In this document: piece by piece, positions 24,213-28,837 of the stretch
Position numbering within the stretch: the first letter of the stretch is position 1
How the letters are laid out: the number at the start of each line of letters is the position of its first letter
From: a virus
Lineage: Duplodnaviria > Caudoviricetes
DNA: 28,837 bases
Virus record (IMG/VR): IMGVR_UViG_3300025124_000032
Location: 1-28,837 of that record
Strand: one strand, 5' to 3'
Position numbers and translations under genes: made by a program
The notes under the pieces: generated by a model
The model's database searches: none
What the model was told of the DNA's origin: nothing
What the model saw: the letters and a program-made list of their open reading frames with translations, nothing else

Positions 24213-25169
24213 ATGAAACAACTAACTAGCTATATTCAAATTGGAAATTTTGAATTTGATTTTATAAATGAAGTTCAGATTGAAAGCTCTTGGGACACAC
24301 TTACAGACACTTGTGTTATAACAATTCCTAAAAAATTGCAATGGAAAGGAAAGGATATTGTACAGGGTGCAAATGCAGTTTTTCAAATTGGTTCAGAAGT
24401 TCGTGTTTTCCTTGGGTATGATTATAATTTTGAGTTAGTTTTTGAGGGTTTTCTTACTCGTATTGAGCCTAAACGTCCTTTAAAACTCTATTGTGAAGAT
24501 GCAATGTGGAAACTAAAACAAACCGAAGTGAAAGCATTATCACAAAGAAATGCAACTGTTAAAAATTTGCTTTCTGATTATTACAAAGGAGAATTAAAAA
24601 CCTTTGATGCTGATTTAGGAAAGTTTCGCATTCAGAATGCAACACTAGCCAATGTTTTTGAGGAATTGGATAAAAACTACTCTTTAAAAACATTTTTCAG
24701 AAATGGAATTTTGCACGTCGGAACGCCGTATTTATTGACTGTTGAGGATAGAAAGAAACATAAATTTGATTTTGAAAAGAATATCATCTCTTCGGATTTG
24801 GAATACAAACGAAAAGATGAAGTAAAAATTAAAGTAAAGGCAATTTCTATTTCTTCGAAGGATAATAGCAAGATTGAAGTAACAAAAGGCGATAAAGAAG
24901 GCGAGTTACGAACGATTAATAAAGTGGATTTGAGTAAGTCGCAATTAGAAGAAGAAGCAATTAGACAAATAGACCTTCTGAAATATGAAGGCTTTAGAGG
25001 AAGTTTTGAAAGTTTTGGGCAGCCGTTTACTCGTCCTTGTGATAGTGTAGAATTGACTGACCCAAACGTAAAAGAAAGAAACGGAAGCTATTTTGTAAAG
25101 TCTGTTTCTTATTCTTTTGGAATGAATGGATATAGACAGAATGTAGAATTGGATAAAAAAGTATCGTAA
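24213..25169 (+). CDS. Baseplate hub (late control D / Mu gp44-like)
   Basis: SSWDTLTDTCVITIP, VFLGY..VFEGF, CEDAMWKLK, GFRGSFESFGQP, GYRQNVEL. Confidence 0.85.
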   Translation: MKQLTSYIQIGNFEFDFINEVQIESSWDTLTDTCVITIPKKLQWKGKDIVQGANAVFQIGSEVRVFLGYDYNFELVFEGFLTRIEPKRPLKLYCEDAMWKLKQTEVKALSQRNATVKNLLSDYYKGELKTFDADLGKFRIQNATLANVFEELDKNYSLKTFFRNGILHVGTPYLLTVEDRKKHKFDFEKNIISSDLEYKRKDEVKIKVKAISISSKDNSKIEVTKGDKEGELRTINKVDLSKSQLEEEAIRQIDLLKYEGFRGSFESFGQPFTRPCDSVELTDPNVKERNGSYFVKSVSYSFGMNGYRQNVELDKKVS

Positions 25170-25218
25170 CGACACACCGTCGTGCGTCGGAATAATATAT
25201 TCGCACGTGCGAATGTAC
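25169..25218. repeat. Family B palindrome plus perfect 16-bp palindrome ATTCGCACGTGCGAAT
   Basis: CGACACACCGTCGTGCGTCG then ATTCGCACGTGCGAAT. Confidence 0.75.
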
Positions 25219-25235
25219 TGAAAATTAGAAATGCT

Positions 25236-25748
25236 ATGAATGAAATAAAATCTTATGTTCAAAAACTTACTAACAACGGTAATACTTCGGTAGAATCATT
25301 TTTAGCAAAAGTTATTGAAGTCCATAGAGAAAATCGGCTTTGTGATGTGCAGCCGTTAGAGGGTGCAGAGCTTTTCGATGTTCGTATTTGCGCCATTCAA
25401 TTAAAGCAAACAAACGGATTTTGGATAGTTCCTAAAATTGGTTCGCACGTCGTGGTTACGATGTTGGGAGCAAATAGTGGTTTTGTTTCTATGTTTTCAG
25501 AAGTAGATGAAATTTATTTACAGACTTCTGAAACGGATAATGGAGGTTTGATAATCCGTAAAGAATTGAAAACTGAAATTGACAAGATTAATACCTTTTT
25601 AAATACTATTCGAACGGTGTTTAATTCCTTTGTTCCTGTTCCAAGTGATGGAGGGGCTGCACTCAAAACAGCTATGGTGTCGGCTATTCAAAATTTACAA
25701 CTGGCTAATATTGGTACGAATATCGAAAACGAAAAAGTAAAACACTAA
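25236..25748 (+). CDS. Baseplate spike (gpV / Mu gp45-like)
   Basis: OB-fold-like AKVIEV..CDVQP..DVRI..PKIGSHVVV; NGGL; ends KVKH. Confidence 0.75.
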   Translation: MNEIKSYVQKLTNNGNTSVESFLAKVIEVHRENRLCDVQPLEGAELFDVRICAIQLKQTNGFWIVPKIGSHVVVTMLGANSGFVSMFSEVDEIYLQTSETDNGGLIIRKELKTEIDKINTFLNTIRTVFNSFVPVPSDGGAALKTAMVSAIQNLQLANIGTNIENEKVKH

Positions 25749-26026
25749 TGAAAAAAGATATTTTATACACTTCAAACACGTGTGAACCCATTATTTTTAA
25801 TGGAGATTTTGATATTGGCGATTCTGAAAAACAAGAAATTGAAACGATTTGTTTTTCTCAAAAAGGAGATTTTAGAGAATATCCTTTGTGTGGTGTGGGT
25901 TTACGAACTTCTCAAAATGCACCCTTAAACGCCGAATTTTTGAGAGAAATTCGCTTGCAACTTGAAAGGGATAAAATCTTTCCTAAAAAAATATCTATTG
26001 TAGATAATAATATCAAAATAGAATGA
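25748..26026 (+). CDS. Baseplate gp25/gp46-like protein
   Basis: GDFDIGDSEKQE..KGDFREYPLCGVGL..IRLQLERD. Confidence 0.75.
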   Translation: MKKDILYTSNTCEPIIFNGDFDIGDSEKQEIETICFSQKGDFREYPLCGVGLRTSQNAPLNAEFLREIRLQLERDKIFPKKISIVDNNIKIE

Positions 26027-26310
26027 AAATAGAAGAAGGACAAAACATAATAGACATTGCTATTCAAGAGTATGGAAGTTTTGAGGCTGTTTTTCAGTTG
26101 CTTTTAGACAATCTACTGCTTGAAAATATGAACGTTTTTTTGGAAGGCGAAACGGAGCTGCTCATTTCAAAAACTGCACTTGATGAAAATGTAGTAATTA
26201 AAAATGAGTATAAAAAAAGAAATTACCGTGTCAGAACAGGCGATGAATTTATACCTATTTTGACACAAGATTACGATAAAAACGATTACGAAACCGAAGA
26301 CTATTTTTAA
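26023..26310 (+). CDS. LysM-like (gpX-type) baseplate protein
   Basis: EGQNIIDIAIQEYGSFEAVFQLLLDN. Confidence 0.75.
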   Translation: MKIEEGQNIIDIAIQEYGSFEAVFQLLLDNLLLENMNVFLEGETELLISKTALDENVVIKNEYKKRNYRVRTGDEFIPILTQDYDKNDYETEDYF

Positions 26311-26316
26311 TTAATT

Positions 26317-27243
26317 ATGGCAATACTAGCATCAATACAAATTCTTAAAGACAAGATTTTACAAAAAATCAAAGGAGCATCAACAGGAAGTACAGAAAAA
26401 ACAAAAGCGATTGACCACAGAGAGGTTCTGACAGATGTGGTAGATACGCTGAATGATAAAATTGAAGAGGCTACTATTGCAAGTGGCTCTACTGGCGATG
26501 TACAAGTAAAGGGGGGGGATGGGAAGTTATTTGGTAGTAGTTCGTTTAATTTTTTGAATGGAATACTTTCTTTGGCTGGTAATTTTGTTATCAAAGGGCT
26601 TAGCAGTTCTTCTGATAATGCCTTACAGATTAAAAATGCAAATAACGTTGTGATTGGACAAGTTACAAATAATGGTTATTTGCAGTTTAACAGAATTTCC
26701 GCAGTAGGAAACATTGATAATTATGTAATCTACTATGATGGATATGCAAATATAAGGGGGTATGACGGTACTAAATTTTGGAGGGGACAGAATGATAATA
26801 TAAATAATTTGCTTGCTGATTTTGGAACATTTGATAGATGTAATTTCCAAAAACCTATACAAGCAAAAAATGGTATTTTTACAAATGATATAGAGGCTGG
26901 GGATACTGTTTTTGGATATACTGAAACACTTAGAATAAAAGGACAAAGAGCGACAATTACAAACAACTGGCTAAATCCATCTGGTACAGTAGAAATTTCT
27001 GATGGTAAGCCACGCCCAGATCAAACAGGTCAAGGTTATGGTGGAAAAGGTGTTTTAATAAGAAGTTGGAGAAGGGAACCGGCAAGAGAACCTGTTTTGG
27101 AAACTGTTTTTGAGGTAAAAGAAGGAGACAAAATTGCTTTTTATGGAGGAATACCAATTGCAAGGCAAACACTTGCTGCCGACCCAAGACCAGCCGAAAT
27201 ATCTACTGTTTTATTTAATCTAGGTTTAGTTATTAGACCCTAA
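26317..27243 (+). CDS. Putative tail fibre/receptor-binding structural protein
   Basis: N-terminal helical anchor, GSTGDVQVKGGDGKLFGSSSFNF fibre-like motif, beta-rich G/N-rich body. Confidence 0.55.
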   Translation: MAILASIQILKDKILQKIKGASTGSTEKTKAIDHREVLTDVVDTLNDKIEEATIASGSTGDVQVKGGDGKLFGSSSFNFLNGILSLAGNFVIKGLSSSSDNALQIKNANNVVIGQVTNNGYLQFNRISAVGNIDNYVIYYDGYANIRGYDGTKFWRGQNDNINNLLADFGTFDRCNFQKPIQAKNGIFTNDIEAGDTVFGYTETLRIKGQRATITNNWLNPSGTVEISDGKPRPDQTGQGYGGKGVLIRSWRREPAREPVLETVFEVKEGDKIAFYGGIPIARQTLAADPRPAEISTVLFNLGLVIRP

Positions 27244-27255
27244 AAAAGTATAAAA

Positions 27256-27633
27256 ATGCAAAAAATCATAATCGAAAAATCAGAATCTGTAACAACAGAA
27301 GTTCAAATCGTCAATCAGAATACTGATTACATTAATAAAAAAATGCGTTTTGAAGTCATTATTTTTACCAAAACTCGTTTTGTGGAAACACAAACACCGA
27401 AGTTTTTAGAAGTTTCTAATCAAAATAAGTTTCCTATTTTTCTTGAAAAAGGAAAACCTAAAATGAATGCTGATAATGAGCAAGAAATGATTGGCGAATG
27501 GGATATGTGGGAAATCCTGAAAAAACATACCACGCTTTACGAAGGCGAAAAACTAGCAGAGGAAAGCCTAAAAAGGGCATTCGGCTTAATTCAAGAACCT
27601 TTCATTTTTATTTTACCAAAAGAAGCATATTAA
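27256..27633 (+). CDS. Hypothetical protein (possible fibre chaperone)
   Basis: 125-aa ORF right after the fibre-like gene. Confidence 0.65.
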   Translation: MQKIIIEKSESVTTEVQIVNQNTDYINKKMRFEVIIFTKTRFVETQTPKFLEVSNQNKFPIFLEKGKPKMNADNEQEMIGEWDMWEILKKHTTLYEGEKLAEESLKRAFGLIQEPFIFILPKEAY

Positions 27634-27638
27634 AAATT

Positions 27639-28496
27639 ATGGCACGAAGCATATCAGAAATTCAAGCAGAAATTTATACAGAAAAGGCGAGCAAGCCCGA
27701 ATTAGATATATTATCTACTACTTCACAAGTAAGTGTTTGGAGGTTGTGGGTCTATGTAGTGGCTGCTGTTATCTATACAGTAGAAAAGATTTTTGATATG
27801 CTTCGTATGGATATTGATGCTATCAATGCAGCTAATGTAATTGGTAGTGAGGCTTGGTATGTAGAACGTGCTTATGAGTTTCAGTATGGCGATATTCCTA
27901 CTATTTTAGAGGGTAGATTAGTTTATGATACAATTAATTTGGAAAATCGGATTATCAAACGTGCAAGTATTGTTCGTTTGGGTAATCAGAATGCCAATGC
28001 TATCATAAAAGTAGCCACTATTGATGAGCAAACAAATGAATTACGAGCTTTAAACCCAATAGAAATAACGGCTTTTAATGGCTATATAAGAAGTTTAATG
28101 TTTGCAGGAAGCTTTATTGGTACACGTTCTTTGCCTGCTGATTTTCTTCGTTTGTTTGCTAAGATATACTATAACGCCATTTATCCATTACCTGACCTTC
28201 AAATTAGGGTAGCAAATGCAGTCAATCAATATATTGCAAATGTGCCTTTTGATGGGAAATTTTTCTTAATCAAACTCATTGATGCCATTCAAAATGTAGA
28301 GGGGGTTAGTGATGTAGAAATTATCAATTTTCAAGGCAGACCCGATTCGCAGGGCAGTACTTGGCAACCGACACAACGGATTTATATTACTCAAGCTGGG
28401 TATGCTAAAATTCAAGATGACCAATATCCTTTATTAGATGATACGCAAAATAACTTAACAGGAACATTAACCTTTATCGCTGAAACCAACCAATAA
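27639..28496 (+). CDS. Baseplate wedge protein (gpJ-like)
   Basis: MARSISEI..SQVSVWRLWVYVVA..WYVERAYEFQYG..LIDAIQNVEGVSDV..AGY; start ATG 27639. Confidence 0.85.
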   Translation: MARSISEIQAEIYTEKASKPELDILSTTSQVSVWRLWVYVVAAVIYTVEKIFDMLRMDIDAINAANVIGSEAWYVERAYEFQYGDIPTILEGRLVYDTINLENRIIKRASIVRLGNQNANAIIKVATIDEQTNELRALNPIEITAFNGYIRSLMFAGSFIGTRSLPADFLRLFAKIYYNAIYPLPDLQIRVANAVNQYIANVPFDGKFFLIKLIDAIQNVEGVSDVEIINFQGRPDSQGSTWQPTQRIYITQAGYAKIQDDQYPLLDDTQNNLTGTLTFIAETNQ

Positions 28497-28497
28497 C

Positions 28498-28550
28498 GTA
28501 CATACGCACGGTTGTGCGTATGTAATTACGACACACAACAGTGTGTAGCT
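28498..28550. repeat. Pair of family B palindromes
   Basis: GTACATACGCAC-GGTT-GTGCGTATGTA then ACACAC-AACA-GTGTGT. Confidence 0.8.
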
Positions 28551-28554
28551 ACCA

Positions 28555-28837
28555 ATGAACAGATATTTATTACATATTGAATTAGTAGTAAATCGTTTAC
28601 TTCCTACTGCCTTCAAAAAAGTTGCTTTTTGGAGGATTTGGATAGCGACTATATTAAGTCCTTTGCAGACTCTTCATTCAAACTTTTTAGTCTATGCAAG
28701 ACAAGCAAGAAAAGAAGCCTCTTATAACAGTCAGACGGCAGTTTTTGAGTTTCTTTTAAACGAACGATTTAATAATAGTCAAGAAGGGATTTTTATTGAT
28801 AATGTGTTTTTCAATCTGACCATTGCACAAGAATACA
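28555..28837 (+). CDS. Baseplate wedge protein (gpI-like), truncated by the window edge
   Basis: MNRYLLHIELVVNRLLPTAFKK...LSPLQTLH...YNSQTAVFEFLLNERFN; open to the end of the window. Confidence 0.7.
   Translation, partial: MNRYLLHIELVVNRLLPTAFKKVAFWRIWIATILSPLQTLHSNFLVYARQARKEASYNSQTAVFEFLLNERFNNSQEGIFIDNVFFNLTIAQEY

Larger units (their letters stand above)
1..28837. mobile_element. Mu-like transposable prophage with contractile tail (partial; continues beyond the right edge; left terminus not pinned down)
   Basis: Repressor/ner, DDE transposase + AAA ATPase, gam, DUF935-type portal with MuF, gp36-like and gpG-like genes, terminase, sheath/tube/tape measure/baseplate in Mu-like synteny. Confidence 0.95.

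Noticed and set aside
2204-27187. Numerous 60-150-aa ORFs antisense to or nested in the major genes (e.g. 2204-2419, 7423-7770, 8935-9192, 17339-17713, 22849-23295, 26623-26946)
   Set aside because: Shadow ORFs of well-supported genes, with F/S/L/I-rich composition typical of reverse-complement AT-rich codons and no motifs
26317-28837. Diversity-generating retroelement or invertible tail-fibre cassette
   Set aside because: No reverse transcriptase, invertase or TR/VR repeat pair is visible; the rest of the tail region lies outside the window

Overview
AT-rich window occupied entirely by a transposable (Mu-like) prophage with a contractile tail, most likely from a Bacteroidota host (TTTG-N20-TAnnTTTG promoter, no Shine-Dalgarno, Bacteroidota-type tail genes). 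Gene order: left-end phased repeats; CI-like repressor and divergent Ner/Cro-like gene; a 660-bp structured leader; DDE transposase (A) and AAA+ ATPase (B); frameshifted gam and semi-essential genes; an inverted packaging operon (TerS, TerL, gp36-like adaptor, a portal-MuF-ADP-ribosyltransferase fusion with two small candidate immunity genes, gpG); then the rightward late operon (protease/scaffold, capsid, lysis, sheath, tube, chaperone, tape measure, baseplate), running off the right edge. Most interesting signals: (1) a dnaX-like A_AAA_AAG plus hairpin -1 frameshift cassette at the portal/MuF-toxin junction that would give both a plain portal and a toxin-bearing portal; (2) an amidase apparently reached only by a -1 shift from the upstream gene; (3) two covarying tRNA-elbow-like minihelices in the early leader, upstream of several intra-operon terminators; (4) three palindrome families and heptamer inverted arrays filling most intergenic gaps. 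Product names come from motif recognition and synteny only; no database searches were run.
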